A stretch of 64,000 nucleotides of DNA from Nannocystaceae bacterium (lineage in GTDB: Bacteria > Myxococcota_A > Polyangia > Nannocystales > Nannocystaceae), in NCBI GenBank assembly GCA_046351635.1, contig JAXLYC010000019.1, positions 46,035 through 110,034 on the forward strand, given 5' to 3'. A model generated the notes under the pieces. The model saw nothing but the letters and a program-made list of their open reading frames with translations, was not told where the DNA came from and searched no databases. Every line of letters starts with the position of its first letter. Position 1 is the stretch's first letter. Made by a program: the position numbers and the translations under genes. This document shows, piece after piece, positions 47,353 through 56,924 of the stretch.

Positions 47353-48102
47353 TCAGCTGGGGATGCCCGCGGCCTGCTCGAACGGCGCCTTGCTGATGCG
47401 CCACACGCCCACGAAGGGATGGTCGATGTCCCAGACCACGGCGCGGATCATCGTGAGCACCGCGGCCAGACACACGAACGCGGCGTGGCCCAGCTGCGGC
47501 TGGGCGCCCGGCGGCAACAGCAACAGCCCTGCGAGCAGCAGTGCGGACAGCAGCGCGAGCAGATGGTTCAGCGTCGCCGGCATGCGGTGCTTGGCCGCGC
47601 TCACGCGCGAGACCCGGCACTCGCGCAGGGCCGCGAGCGCATCGGACAGCCGCGCGTCGGCGGTGGGCCCGACGGTGGGCGTCGCCGCGAGCTCGGCCAC
47701 GCGCGCATCGAGGGCATCGAGCGCGGCGGTGGCCGCACGGCTCTCCTGCAGCGCCGCGAGCTCGTCCCACTCGGCCGCGGCCGCGGTGAGGTAGGTGCGC
47801 GTGGCCGACGCGACGCGGCGACGCGCGTCGTCCTGACCGGCGGCCAGCAGCGACGCGAGCCGCGGCAGCTCGGCCGCGAGGCTGCCCTCGCGCACGGTGA
47901 GCTTCTGCAGCGCATTGAACTGCTCCCACACCACGAAGATCACGAACGCCGTGAGCACGCTGTAGATGCCGCCGACGAGCTCGAGGAACGCTTCGAGCAT
48001 CGGCACGGCATCGTTGCGGATCCCGAGCATGTCGCTGGGCACCAGCAGGCACACCAGCGCCGCCGCCACGACCGCGAGCACGACCTTGACGTAGACACCC
48101 AT
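47353..48102 (-). CDS. Hypothetical 4-TM membrane protein (tentatively DUF4239-like)
   Basis: The 249 aa product has hydrophobic helices at both ends and a long amphipathic central region. Confidence 0.65.
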   Translation of the reverse strand: MGVYVKVVLAVVAAALVCLLVPSDMLGIRNDAVPMLEAFLELVGGIYSVLTAFVIFVVWEQFNALQKLTVREGSLAAELPRLASLLAAGQDDARRRVASATRTYLTAAAAEWDELAALQESRAATAALDALDARVAELAATPTVGPTADARLSDALAALRECRVSRVSAAKHRMPATLNHLLALLSALLLAGLLLLPPGAQPQLGHAAFVCLAAVLTMIRAVVWDIDHPFVGVWRISKAPFEQAAGIPS

Positions 48103-48191
48103 GGAGTTCGACCTCGTCGCAGCTCAACCCCGGGGCGCCGCGCCTCAATCCCAGCCGCGGCGGCGCCGCCACGGCGGCGCGCGGTGCCGGC

Positions 48192-48746
48192 TCACGGCGG
48201 GTCGTCGTGGCTGTGGATGCCCAAGCCGTCGGCGATGCGGTTGTAGTACGCGAACAGCGCGATCACCTGCACCGCGTGCGCGATCGCGGCGTCGCTCCAG
48301 CCGTGCCCGCGCAGGGCCGCGACGTCGGCGGGCTGGATCGCCGCCGGCGTGCGCGTCAGCCTGTCCGCGAACGCCACCAGCGCGGCCTCGGCCGGCGGCA
48401 GCGTCGGCGTCTCGCCACGCAGTAGCGCGTCGGCGATCGCGGGCGCATCGGGTCGGTGAGCGACCTCGGCACGGAGGTCGTCGGCGTGCGAGCGCAGTCA
48501 ATACTCGCACGCGTTGATCATCGACACGTACGACGCGAGCAGCTCTCGCTGCGCGCGGGACAGCGGCTCGTCGCGCGCGTGCATCAGCCGCAGGTACAGC
48601 TCGGTCGAGGCCTCGAGCACGCGCGGCTGCAGGCTCTGGATCCGGATCACCGCGAAGACCTTGCCGGCGCGGCGAACCGCCGCGTCGTACAGCCTGCGCA
48701 ACAAGCCCTCGGCGCGCTCGGGCGCGACGGTGTCGATGAACGGCAT
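48192..48746 (-). CDS. Carboxymuconolactone decarboxylase / AhpD-like family protein with in-frame UGA at the redox motif (candidate selenoprotein, C-E-Y-U-L-R-S-H)
   Basis: ATG 48746 gives MPFIDTVAPERAEG…YVSMINACEY-[TGA at 48500–48498]-LRSHADDLRAEVAH…HGWSDAAIAHAVQVIALFAYYNRIADGLGIHSHDDPP*. ORFs 48498..48887 and 48192..48377 are in the same frame, separated only by the TGA. A 9-bp stem/6-nt loop hairpin lies 15 nt downstream of the UGA. Confidence 0.6.
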
Positions 48747-48892
48747 GCCGCGATCGTACCCGCGTCGCGTGCGAGCCTTCCGCGCCGCCGTATTCATCGG
48801 CCGGGTGGCCACCGCGGCGCGGCCGTGACGACTGGCACGATCGCGGTCGCGGGCGGGCGAACCGTCGGGCACCCACGGGCGACCCACGGCGC

Positions 48893-49405
48893 ATGGTAGG
48901 TTCGTCGACGATCAGTTTCGCGTTGGCTCTGGGAGCGACCCTGGTGACGGTCGCTGCATCGGGGGTTCCCGGCACCTCGGCATCCGCCACCGACACGCCC
49001 GAGCTCGCGCTCGAGGTGGACACGGGCGAGGGCATGGCGGCGATGGCCGCATCGGAGAGCAGCGGCGGCATCGTGGATCCGCGGCCGAACGAAGGCGACA
49101 CCCGCAAGTGCTTCGTCGGATGGATCACGACCTCGCGCTCGGGCAGCAGCTGCACCGTGACGCTGTCCGCCAAGGTCGCGATGCAGACCAGCGTGTGCAC
49201 CAACCCGCCCAACCCGTACCCCAACCCCAACCCCACCACGCAGGCGTTCCTCGACGGCGGGCTCAAGCTGGAGACGCCCGGCTGCTCGGTGACGTCGGCG
49301 ACCAAAGGCAAGGACACGGTGATCAGCTGCAACCCCTGCCCCAGCGAGATCACGATGACCGTCAACGCCGACGGCGGTCGCCGCGTCACCTTGCCGTTGC
49401 CGTGA
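48893..49405 (+). CDS. Hypothetical secreted protein (170 aa)
   Basis: ATG 48893 gives MVGSSTISFALALGATLVTVAASG, a signal peptide. The mature part is Cys-containing and Ser/Thr-rich. Confidence 0.5.
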   Translation: MVGSSTISFALALGATLVTVAASGVPGTSASATDTPELALEVDTGEGMAAMAASESSGGIVDPRPNEGDTRKCFVGWITTSRSGSSCTVTLSAKVAMQTSVCTNPPNPYPNPNPTTQAFLDGGLKLETPGCSVTSATKGKDTVISCNPCPSEITMTVNADGGRRVTLPLP

Positions 49406-49447
49406 GCCGTCCTCGCCCTCGATCACGTCACCCGGAGTGCACCGCCC

Positions 49448-50167
49448 ATGTCGATCCCCGAACGTCGTGAGACCGCAATCCTCGTCCCGGTCGCCCATCA
49501 CATCGAACCGCTGTGCGAGGCCGGTCTGACCGAGCTCGAGCGCATGGGCTACCCGGTGTTCCGCGTGCGCGGGCACTCGGACATCGCGCGCGGGCGCAGC
49601 CAGATGGCGACCCAGGCGCTCGAGCAGGGTCATCGCGCGCTCATGTGGATCGACGCCGACATGATGTTCGTGCCCGAGGACGTCGACCGCTTCCGCCAGG
49701 GCGAGCACGCCCTGGTCGGCGGCGTGTACCCGGTCAAGGGCCAGCGGCGGCTGACGATGCGACCGCTGCCGGGCACCACCGAGCTGATGTTCGGCGAACA
49801 AGGTGACGTGGTCGAGGTGCTCTACCTCGCGACCGGCTTTCTCTACAGCCGCGCCGAGGTCTACGCCGACGTGCAGCGGCGGCTGGAGCTGCCGCGTTGC
49901 GGCACCGACCCGACCGACGCCGCGATCCCGTTCTTCCTCTCGGTCGTGGCCAACGACGGCGGCACGCCGACGTACCTCAGCGAGGATTTCTCGTTCTGCT
50001 ACCGCGCGCGCGTGGCCGGCCACCGCGTCATGGCCGACACGCGCGTGCGGCTGGGCCACATCGGCAGCTACGTCTACACCGTCGAGGATGCGGGTCGCGA
50101 GCGGGTGCTGCACCCGAGCTTCCGCTTCCGCCTGCTCGACGAGCACGACACCCTGCCGGGTCAGTAG
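49448..50167 (+). CDS. Putative glycosyltransferase (GT-A-like, D-x-D)
   Basis: LMWIDADMMFVPEDVDRF contains the D-A-D motif. The C-terminal region is …TPTYLSEDFSFCYRARVAGHRVMADTRVRLGHIG. Confidence 0.5.
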   Translation: MSIPERRETAILVPVAHHIEPLCEAGLTELERMGYPVFRVRGHSDIARGRSQMATQALEQGHRALMWIDADMMFVPEDVDRFRQGEHALVGGVYPVKGQRRLTMRPLPGTTELMFGEQGDVVEVLYLATGFLYSRAEVYADVQRRLELPRCGTDPTDAAIPFFLSVVANDGGTPTYLSEDFSFCYRARVAGHRVMADTRVRLGHIGSYVYTVEDAGRERVLHPSFRFRLLDEHDTLPGQ

Positions 50168-51175
50168 CTGCTCGCGTCGAGCCTGACCTTGCCGCGGAAG
50201 ATCCAGTAGACGATCACGGTGTAGCTCGCGACCAGCGGCATGCCCAGGATCGCGATCCACAGCATGCGCCCGAGCGTGCCGTCCGAGGCCGCGGCCGCGT
50301 GCAGCTCGAGGCTCCATGCCGGGTCGAGGCTCGAGTGCACGAGGTTGGGGTACAGCGCCAGCGCGACCAGCGACGTCATCGCCGCGATGGTGCAGCACGA
50401 CGACACGAACGCCATGCCGCTGCGGCCGGCCGCGATCGCGCGGGGATGTTGGCGATCGCGAGCACGTGCAGCGCCACCAGCAGCCACGCCGCGGGCCAGC
50501 GTTGCAGCGCCGCAGTCGCGTGCGGATCGCGAACACGGCGCCCAGCGTCACGCCGAGCCACGCGAGCACGAAGACTGCGAAGCTGCGCCACATCCAGCCG
50601 CGCACGCGCTGTTGCAGCGCGCCCTCGGTCTTGAGGTGCAGGTAGATGCTGCCGTGCATGGCCGCGGTCGCGAGCGCGAGCACGCCGACCGCCACTGGGT
50701 AGGGCCGCAGCAGATCCGACAGCGTGCCGCGGTACTCGCCGCCGGGGCCCAGCGGCACGCCCTGCACGATGTTGCCCAGCAGCAGCCCGAACGCGAAGGT
50801 GGCGCTGGCGCTCGAGACGAAGAACGAGCCGTCCCACCACGCGCGCCAGCGCGGGTGATCGAGCTTGCTGCGGAACTCCAGCGAGATCGCGCGGCCGATG
50901 AGCGCGAAGAGCACCAGCATCACCGGCAGGTAGAAGCCCGAGAACAGCGCCGCGTAGGCCTGCGGGAACGCGCCGAACAGCGCGCCGCCGAAGGTCACCA
51001 GCCACACCTCGTTGCCGTCCCACAGCGGCCCGATGCTGTTGAGCGCGAGCCGTCGCTGGGTCTCGTCGCGCAGCCACACGTGCACGATGCCGACGCCGAA
51101 GTCGAAGCCGTCGAGGATCGCGTAGCCCATCAGCAGCACGCCGAGCAGGCCGAACCACACCAGCGGCAGGTCCAT
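50161..51175 (-). CDS. cydB: Cytochrome bd ubiquinol oxidase subunit II; two apparent 1-nt frameshifts near 50555–50565 and 50435–50445
   Basis: ATG 51175 overlaps the cydA TGA (TGATG). Frame A reads [31 protein letters not shown]…AVFAIRTR. A third frame then reads …ALQRWPAAWLLVALHVLAIANIP. The last frame (ORF 50161..50487) gives the canonical C-terminus …SLVALALYPNLVHSSLDPAWSLELHAAAASDGTLGRMLWIAILGMPLVASYTVIVYWIFRGKV. Confidence 0.75.
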
Positions 51176-52629
51176 CACGCGCCCCCGTCGTCGCGGCGCG
51201 GGCGCTCGCCGGCGGTGAGCGACTCGCCGCCGTGGCCCATGCCGACCTCGACCGCGGCCCGCACCAGCGAGCGCGCCGCGGCGGGCTCGTGGCCCTCGCC
51301 CGGCAGCGTCGGGCCGTGACGGATCTTCTCGTTGACCACCACCAGCCACAGCACGAACAGCGCGAAGTAGATCAGGCCAAACCCCAGCAGCGAGGCGAGC
51401 ACGTGCTCGGGCGCGACCGTGTGCGAGACCGCGTCGGCGGTGCGCAGCAGGCCGTAGACCACCCACGGCTGGCGCCCGACCTCGGCTGCGACCCAGCCGG
51501 CCTGGTTGGCGGCGTAGGGACCCAGCACCGCGACGACGAAGATCCACAGCAGCCAGCGCTGCGTGAACAGGCGCCCGCGCCACCACAGCACCGCCGCGAG
51601 CGTGGTCAGGCCCACGAACGCCATGCCCAGCGCGATCATCACGTGGTACGCGAGAAACGGCACCACCACCGGCGGTCGCTCGTCGGGCGGGATGCGATCG
51701 AGTCCGGTGACCGGCTCGCGCAGGTTGCCCTTGACCAGCAAGCTCAGCATGCCCGGGATCGCGACGCCGCCGCGCACGGTCTGGGCCTCGACGTCGGGCC
51801 AGCCCACGACGAAGAGCGGCGTGGGCCCCTCGCCGGTCTCGAAGTGGCCCTCGAACGCGGCGAGCTTGGCCGGCTGGTGCTCCGCGATCATCTCGGCTTG
51901 CGCGTGACCCGAGAGCAGCTCGGCCCATGACGCCAGCGTCGCGACCACCAGGCCCGCGCCGAAGCTGCGGCGCGCGAGCTCGGCGTGGCGGCCGCGCAGC
52001 AGGTACCACGCGCTGATGCTCATGACGAAGAAGCCGCCGAGCACGAACGCGCCCAGCAGCACGTGCCCGAGTCGGTGCATCGACGACGGGCTGAAGACCA
52101 TGGCCCAGAAGTCGACCACCTCCACGCGCACGACGCCGTCGTGCTCGACCAGGCGGTGACCCGCCGGGGTCTGCTGCCACGAGTTGGCGATGATGATCCA
52201 CACCGCCGAGAAGGTCGATCCGAGGAAGACCATCACGGTGGCGAAGAAGTGCGTGCGACGGCCGACGCGATCCCAACCGAACACCAACACCGCGAGGAAG
52301 CCCGACTCGAGGAAGAACGCGAAGATGCCCTCGGCTGCCAAGGCCGAGCCGAACACGTCGCCGACGAAGCGCGAGTACGCGGCCCAGTTGGTGCCGAACT
52401 GGAACTCCATCACGATGCCGCTGGCGACGCCGACGGCGAAGTTCACCGCGAAGATGCGGGTCCAGAAGCGCGCCAGCGCCTCGTCGCGCGGGTCGCCGCG
52501 CCGCAGCGCCCGACCCTCGATCACCACCATCACCAGTCCCAGGCCGATCGACAGCGGCGGGAACAGGTAGTGGAACATCACCGTGAAGGCGAACTGGATC
52601 CGCGACAGCAGTACGACGTCGAGGTCCAT
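51175..52629 (-). CDS. cydA: Cytochrome bd ubiquinol oxidase subunit I
   Basis: [32 protein letters not shown]…, the Q-loop region, and …[14 protein letters not shown] are all present. The product is 484 aa. Confidence 0.9.
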   Translation of the reverse strand: MDLDVVLLSRIQFAFTVMFHYLFPPLSIGLGLVMVVIEGRALRRGDPRDEALARFWTRIFAVNFAVGVASGIVMEFQFGTNWAAYSRFVGDVFGSALAAEGIFAFFLESGFLAVLVFGWDRVGRRTHFFATVMVFLGSTFSAVWIIIANSWQQTPAGHRLVEHDGVVRVEVVDFWAMVFSPSSMHRLGHVLLGAFVLGGFFVMSISAWYLLRGRHAELARRSFGAGLVVATLASWAELLSGHAQAEMIAEHQPAKLAAFEGHFETGEGPTPLFVVGWPDVEAQTVRGGVAIPGMLSLLVKGNLREPVTGLDRIPPDERPPVVVPFLAYHVMIALGMAFVGLTTLAAVLWWRGRLFTQRWLLWIFVVAVLGPYAANQAGWVAAEVGRQPWVVYGLLRTADAVSHTVAPEHVLASLLGFGLIYFALFVLWLVVVNEKIRHGPTLPGEGHEPAAARSLVRAAVEVGMGHGGESLTAGERPRRDDGGA

Positions 52630-52683
52630 CGTCGTGGCCCTGGGGTCAGGCGAATGCCTCGTGGTCCGCCATGCTCACCCCGG

Positions 52684-53742
52684 TCAACGATCGAACAGCC
52701 CCTCGAGTTTCTCCGTGCGCGGGCCCTTGGCGTCGCACACGGCGAAGCTGCCGCCGTCGAACAGCGCTGCGCCGCCGTAGCGGCCCTGCTTGTCGACCGC
52801 GTAGTAGTTCACGTTGAAGTCGGGCTTGCCGTCCGCGCGCAGCAATCGCGGCGCGCGCGTGCTCTCGACGATGCGCTTGCACGCGGCCAGGCACGCGTCC
52901 TTGGGGTGCTTGCCCGCGCGCATGAACTCGACCACGGTGTGGCTGCCGGCGGTGACGATGTTGGCTTCGCCTCGTCCGGTGCTGCCGGCCGCGCCGACGC
53001 CGTTGTCGACGAACAGGCCCGCACCGACCAGGGGGCTGTCGCCGACGCGACCAGGGATCTTGAACGCGAGCCCGCTGGTGGTGGTCACGCCCGCGAGGTT
53101 GCCGTCGCGATCGACCGCGCAGCAGTTGATGGTGCCGGTGATGCCGAAGAAGGCCTTCACGTTGGCGGGCACGTCCTTGCCGGTCTTGGGCAACCAGTCG
53201 TCTTTGTCCGACATGGTCGACTTCCAGTACAGCCAGATCTCGCGTGCCTCGGGCGTGAGCAGCTCCTGCTCGACGAAACCGTGGGCACGGGCGAAGGCCC
53301 GCGCGCCCTCGCCCGCGAGCAGCACGTGGTCGGTGTAGCGCATCACCGCGAGCGCGACCTGGCTGGGGTTTCTGATCCGACGCAGCGAGCACACCGCGCC
53401 GGCGAGCCCGCTCTTGCCGTCCATGACCGAGGCGTCGAGCTCGACCTCGCCGTCCTCGTTGGGCAACCCGCCGAGCCCGACGCTGTGATCGCTGGGGTCG
53501 TCCTCGACCAAGGTCACGCCGGCGACGACCGCGTCGACCGCCGGCGTGCCTGCGAGGATCTTCTCCAGCGCCGTCTGCACGCACGCGGGGTGACCATTGG
53601 CCGACGCGACCACGACCGGGTGTTTGGGCGTGCGCAACACCGTCGGCGCGGCCGCGCTACCCGACTTGGGCGCGACCAGACAGCCCGAGCCGAGCATCAT
53701 CGTGGATCGGAGCAGGAAGCCACGGCGGCGCAGTCTCGGCAT
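52684..53742 (-). CDS. Isoaspartyl peptidase / L-asparaginase (Ntn-hydrolase, glycosylasparaginase-like) with twin-arginine signal peptide
   Basis: ATG 53742 gives MPRLRRRGFLLRSTMMLGSGCLVAPKS (RRxGFLL Tat motif); a GTG at 53760 is possible. The Ntn-hydrolase region includes FFGITGTINCCAVD and GAAGSTGRGE. Confidence 0.8.
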   Translation of the reverse strand: MPRLRRRGFLLRSTMMLGSGCLVAPKSGSAAAPTVLRTPKHPVVVASANGHPACVQTALEKILAGTPAVDAVVAGVTLVEDDPSDHSVGLGGLPNEDGEVELDASVMDGKSGLAGAVCSLRRIRNPSQVALAVMRYTDHVLLAGEGARAFARAHGFVEQELLTPEAREIWLYWKSTMSDKDDWLPKTGKDVPANVKAFFGITGTINCCAVDRDGNLAGVTTTSGLAFKIPGRVGDSPLVGAGLFVDNGVGAAGSTGRGEANIVTAGSHTVVEFMRAGKHPKDACLAACKRIVESTRAPRLLRADGKPDFNVNYYAVDKQGRYGGAALFDGGSFAVCDAKGPRTEKLEGLFDR

Positions 53743-53778
53743 CGCGTCGAACTGTGCCACAAACCGCGATCGGCCGCG

Positions 53779-56709
53779 TCATCCGCCGACCAGGCCGATG
53801 TCGCCACCGCGCTCGCGCAGCCAGGTCTCGTACTCGCGCTCGGACTCCGCGACGCTCGCGGCATCACCCAGGCCGGCGTCGCGCAGGGTCGTCAACGCGC
53901 GGCGGCCGAGCTTCAGCGCGCGGTCGCGCGCGTCGGCGTCGTCGCCCCGCGCCTGCCACAGCGCCCGCGCGAGCGTGAAGTAGGTCAGGCTCATCTCGCC
54001 GGCGTCGAAGTCCTTGCCCTCGCGCAGCGCCAGCGCGCGCTCGGCCATGGGCAGGGCCTCGGCGGCGCGCTCGAGCCCGAGCAGCGCGCGGGCCTTGCCG
54101 AGGTACTCGTACGCGAGACTGGGATGATCGTCGCCCAGTGCCTCGCGCTCGATCGCGATGGCGCGGTCGTAGCGCGAGAGCGCCTCGTCGAAGCGACCGC
54201 GCTCGAGCAGCACGTTGGCGCCGTTGGTCAGCGGCACCGCGATGCGCGGGTGGGTCGCGCCATAGCGGGCCTCGTAGATGCGCCCGACCTCGTCGTAGTG
54301 CGCGAGCGCGCCGTCGAGGTCGTGCTCGGCGTGCGCGACGGTGCCGAGGTGGTTGTGCGCGACGCCGACGTAGGGATGGTCGCGGCCGAGCCGCTTCTCG
54401 AAGATCGCAAGCGCGCGCTCGCCGTGCTCGCGCGCGGGCCCGAGCTCGAGCTGACCATACTCGAGCACTGCGAGGTTGATGAGCGACTCGCCGACCGCTC
54501 GCGCGTCGGGGCCCAGGCCCTGCTCGCGCACGCGCACGGACTCGAGATACAGCGTGCGCGCGCGCTCGACCTCGCCGAGCTCGACCGCATCGCGCGCGAG
54601 GTTGGCCATGTCCGCGCCGATCGACGGGTGCTTGCTGCCGTAGACCGCCAGCGCGAGATCATAGGCTTGCTGGTGGGCCTCGAGGGCGTCGCGATAGCGG
54701 CCCAGGGCGTAGAGCGTGTTGCCGTAGTTCGCGAACAACACCACCCGCACGCTGTCGTCGCCGCTGCCGGCCTGTGCCAACGCGAGCGCGCGCTCGTGGT
54801 GGGCCAGTGCCTGGTCGGGCTTGCCTGCGTCGACGTAGACCGTCGCGAGCACCGACTCGTAGCGGCGCACGAGCTCGTCGGGCTCGCCGGCCGCGGCGAT
54901 CTCGAGCTCGATCGGCAGCACCAGCGCGAGCGCCTCGGCCGGCTTGGCCTGCTCGCTGCCGAGCGTGAACATCAGCTCGATCCACGCCTCGGCGGCGTCG
55001 TGGTGCATCTGCGCCGGCACCAGCTGTCGCAGCGCGGCGCGCAGGCTCTGCTCGGCGGCCGCAGCGTCGCCGGTGCGGTGCTGCATCTGCCCCTGCACCG
55101 TGAGCACGCGGCCGCGCAGCCACGGCACCTCGAGCTCGCCCAGCTCGGACAGCGCCGCCGCGGTCGCGGCGATGCCCTGGTGGTAGCGCCCGGCGTCGTT
55201 GCGCGCGTCCGCGATCGCGAGCAATCGCGAGGCCGCGTCGACGCGTGCGCGGTCGTCCTCGTCGAGCTCGCCGACCGGCCGCGCGACCGGGTCGCGGCAG
55301 TCCTGCGCCGGTGGCAGCCGCCGCACCGCGCTCTCGGCCCGCAGCGCCAGCTCGTCGTCGACCTGCTCGAGCTCCGCCAGCAGTCCGTCGAGATGATCGC
55401 GCCGGTCCTGTAGGCAGCGCATGCGCGCGTCGAGGCGCTCGTCCGATTGCTCGCCGCGCACGTGGGTCGCCGCGCACGCGTCGATGAACATCTCGCGCCA
55501 CGACGCGACCGCGGCGTCGATGCGCGTCACCTGCTCCGACCACACCTCCGCCGCCCGCGGCACCTGCGTGCGCGCGAAGGCCTCGGCGATGGCATCGCTG
55601 CGCTCGCTGTTCCACACCGCCTCGATCTCGTCGGCGCCGCGATCGCACCGCCGCATCGACGGATCCCACAGCGACTGCGCGGTCACGGCCGCGGCCAGGG
55701 TCGTCACGACGAAACCGATGCCGATCACCGCCCGCCGCGTGCGCGCGGGGTCGTGCTCCAGCACGCCCAGCAACGCGGCCATCGACGGGTGCCGTGCGGC
55801 CGGATCGAGCTGCAGCCCGCGCAGCACCGCATGGCGCACGCGCCCGGGCACACCGCTGCGCGGCGGCTCGCGCACGCGGCCGCTGCCCACGGCCTCGGCC
55901 AGCGCCGCGACCGAGTCGGCCTCGAACGGACGCTGGCCCCACAGGCCCTCGTACAGCGCGACGCAGAAGCTGAACTGATCGCTCCACGAGCCGGTCGCGC
56001 CGGGGCGCCCCGAGCTCGCGGCACCGAATTGCTCGGGCGCCATGTAGCGCGGCGTGCCGGCGAACGCGACCGTGTCGGTGCGATCGAGCTTGCCGTCGGC
56101 GGTGCTGGCGATCTCGTCCGCGCTCTCGCGCGCGAGTCCGAAGTCGGTCACGAGTACGCGCTGGACCGTGCCGTCGGGTCCCAGCGCGAGCATGACGTTG
56201 TCGGGCTTGAAGTCGCGATGGACCAGGTCGACCGCATGCGCGGCCGCGAGCCCGCGCCCGGCCTGCAGGTACACCGCGAGCACCTCGCGCCAGCTGCGTG
56301 GTGCCGCCGCGAGCCAGGCCTTGATGGTCGTGCCCTGCACGAACTCCATCGCGATGAACGTGCGCTGCTCGTGCACGCCGACGTCGTGCACCGCGACGAC
56401 GTTGGGATGGGTCAGCCGCGCCATCGCCTGGGCCTCGCGCAGCATCCGGCCGCGGCCCTGGGTGTCGACCGAGCGCGCGCGCGAGAGCAGCTTGAGCGCG
56501 ACCCGGCGGTCGAGCTGGGGGTCGTAGGCGGCATAGACCTCGCCCATGCCGCCCACACCGACGCGCTGCAGCACGACGTAGCGCGAGATCACCGTGCCCC
56601 GCGCCAGCTCGTCGTCGGGACCGGCCGCCTCACCGCTGCCGGAGACCGTCTGCTGGTTGCTGGGCACCAGCGTGGGGTCTTCGGCGAGTCGGCGGGGTTG
56701 GGCAGTCAT
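53779..56709 (-). CDS. Ser/Thr protein kinase with C-terminal TPR repeat region (intact paralogue of the 33938..36929 kinase)
   Basis: The kinase motifs are VGVGGMGEVYAAYD, VALK, HRDFKPDNVML, DFGLA and GTPRYMAPEQ. They are followed by a TM-like segment and ~600 aa of TPR-like helices. The start is taken at ATG 56709; upstream ATGs at 56751/56814 are possible. Confidence 0.8.
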   Translation of the reverse strand: MTAQPRRLAEDPTLVPSNQQTVSGSGEAAGPDDELARGTVISRYVVLQRVGVGGMGEVYAAYDPQLDRRVALKLLSRARSVDTQGRGRMLREAQAMARLTHPNVVAVHDVGVHEQRTFIAMEFVQGTTIKAWLAAAPRSWREVLAVYLQAGRGLAAAHAVDLVHRDFKPDNVMLALGPDGTVQRVLVTDFGLARESADEIASTADGKLDRTDTVAFAGTPRYMAPEQFGAASSGRPGATGSWSDQFSFCVALYEGLWGQRPFEADSVAALAEAVGSGRVREPPRSGVPGRVRHAVLRGLQLDPAARHPSMAALLGVLEHDPARTRRAVIGIGFVVTTLAAAVTAQSLWDPSMRRCDRGADEIEAVWNSERSDAIAEAFARTQVPRAAEVWSEQVTRIDAAVASWREMFIDACAATHVRGEQSDERLDARMRCLQDRRDHLDGLLAELEQVDDELALRAESAVRRLPPAQDCRDPVARPVGELDEDDRARVDAASRLLAIADARNDAGRYHQGIAATAAALSELGELEVPWLRGRVLTVQGQMQHRTGDAAAAEQSLRAALRQLVPAQMHHDAAEAWIELMFTLGSEQAKPAEALALVLPIELEIAAAGEPDELVRRYESVLATVYVDAGKPDQALAHHERALALAQAGSGDDSVRVVLFANYGNTLYALGRYRDALEAHQQAYDLALAVYGSKHPSIGADMANLARDAVELGEVERARTLYLESVRVREQGLGPDARAVGESLINLAVLEYGQLELGPAREHGERALAIFEKRLGRDHPYVGVAHNHLGTVAHAEHDLDGALAHYDEVGRIYEARYGATHPRIAVPLTNGANVLLERGRFDEALSRYDRAIAIEREALGDDHPSLAYEYLGKARALLGLERAAEALPMAERALALREGKDFDAGEMSLTYFTLARALWQARGDDADARDRALKLGRRALTTLRDAGLGDAASVAESEREYETWLRERGGDIGLVGG

Positions 56710-56924
56710 CGTTTCGCGGCATGCGTCGCGGCGCGACGGACCAGCGGCCATTGTATCAGCGCGGTCGCGGGCCCAAGGCGGCGTGGGCCCCACCGGACGG
56801 CTGTCCTTGCGCATCGCGTGAGCAAGCTCGCCGCTCGTTCAGTCGACATTGGTGCCGCGCGCCGTCGACACGCGCGCACGCGCGGGCCTACGCTCCGCGC
56901 GCCACTCGAACGAAAGGGCTCCGA

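Noticed and set aside
48498-48500. Interpreting the in-frame TGA in the AhpD-like gene as a sequencing error like the indels elsewhere
   Set aside because: The other errors in this window are indels that change frame. Here the frame is preserved and the codon sits exactly at the motif Cys, so I kept it as a Sec candidate. A substitution error remains a formal possibility.
48794-52276. 1160-aa minus-strand ORF spanning cydA, cydB and the glycosyltransferase region
   Set aside because: Only its segment in cydB (MDLPLVWFG…AIRTR) is genuine. The rest is an out-of-frame run-on in GC-rich DNA.
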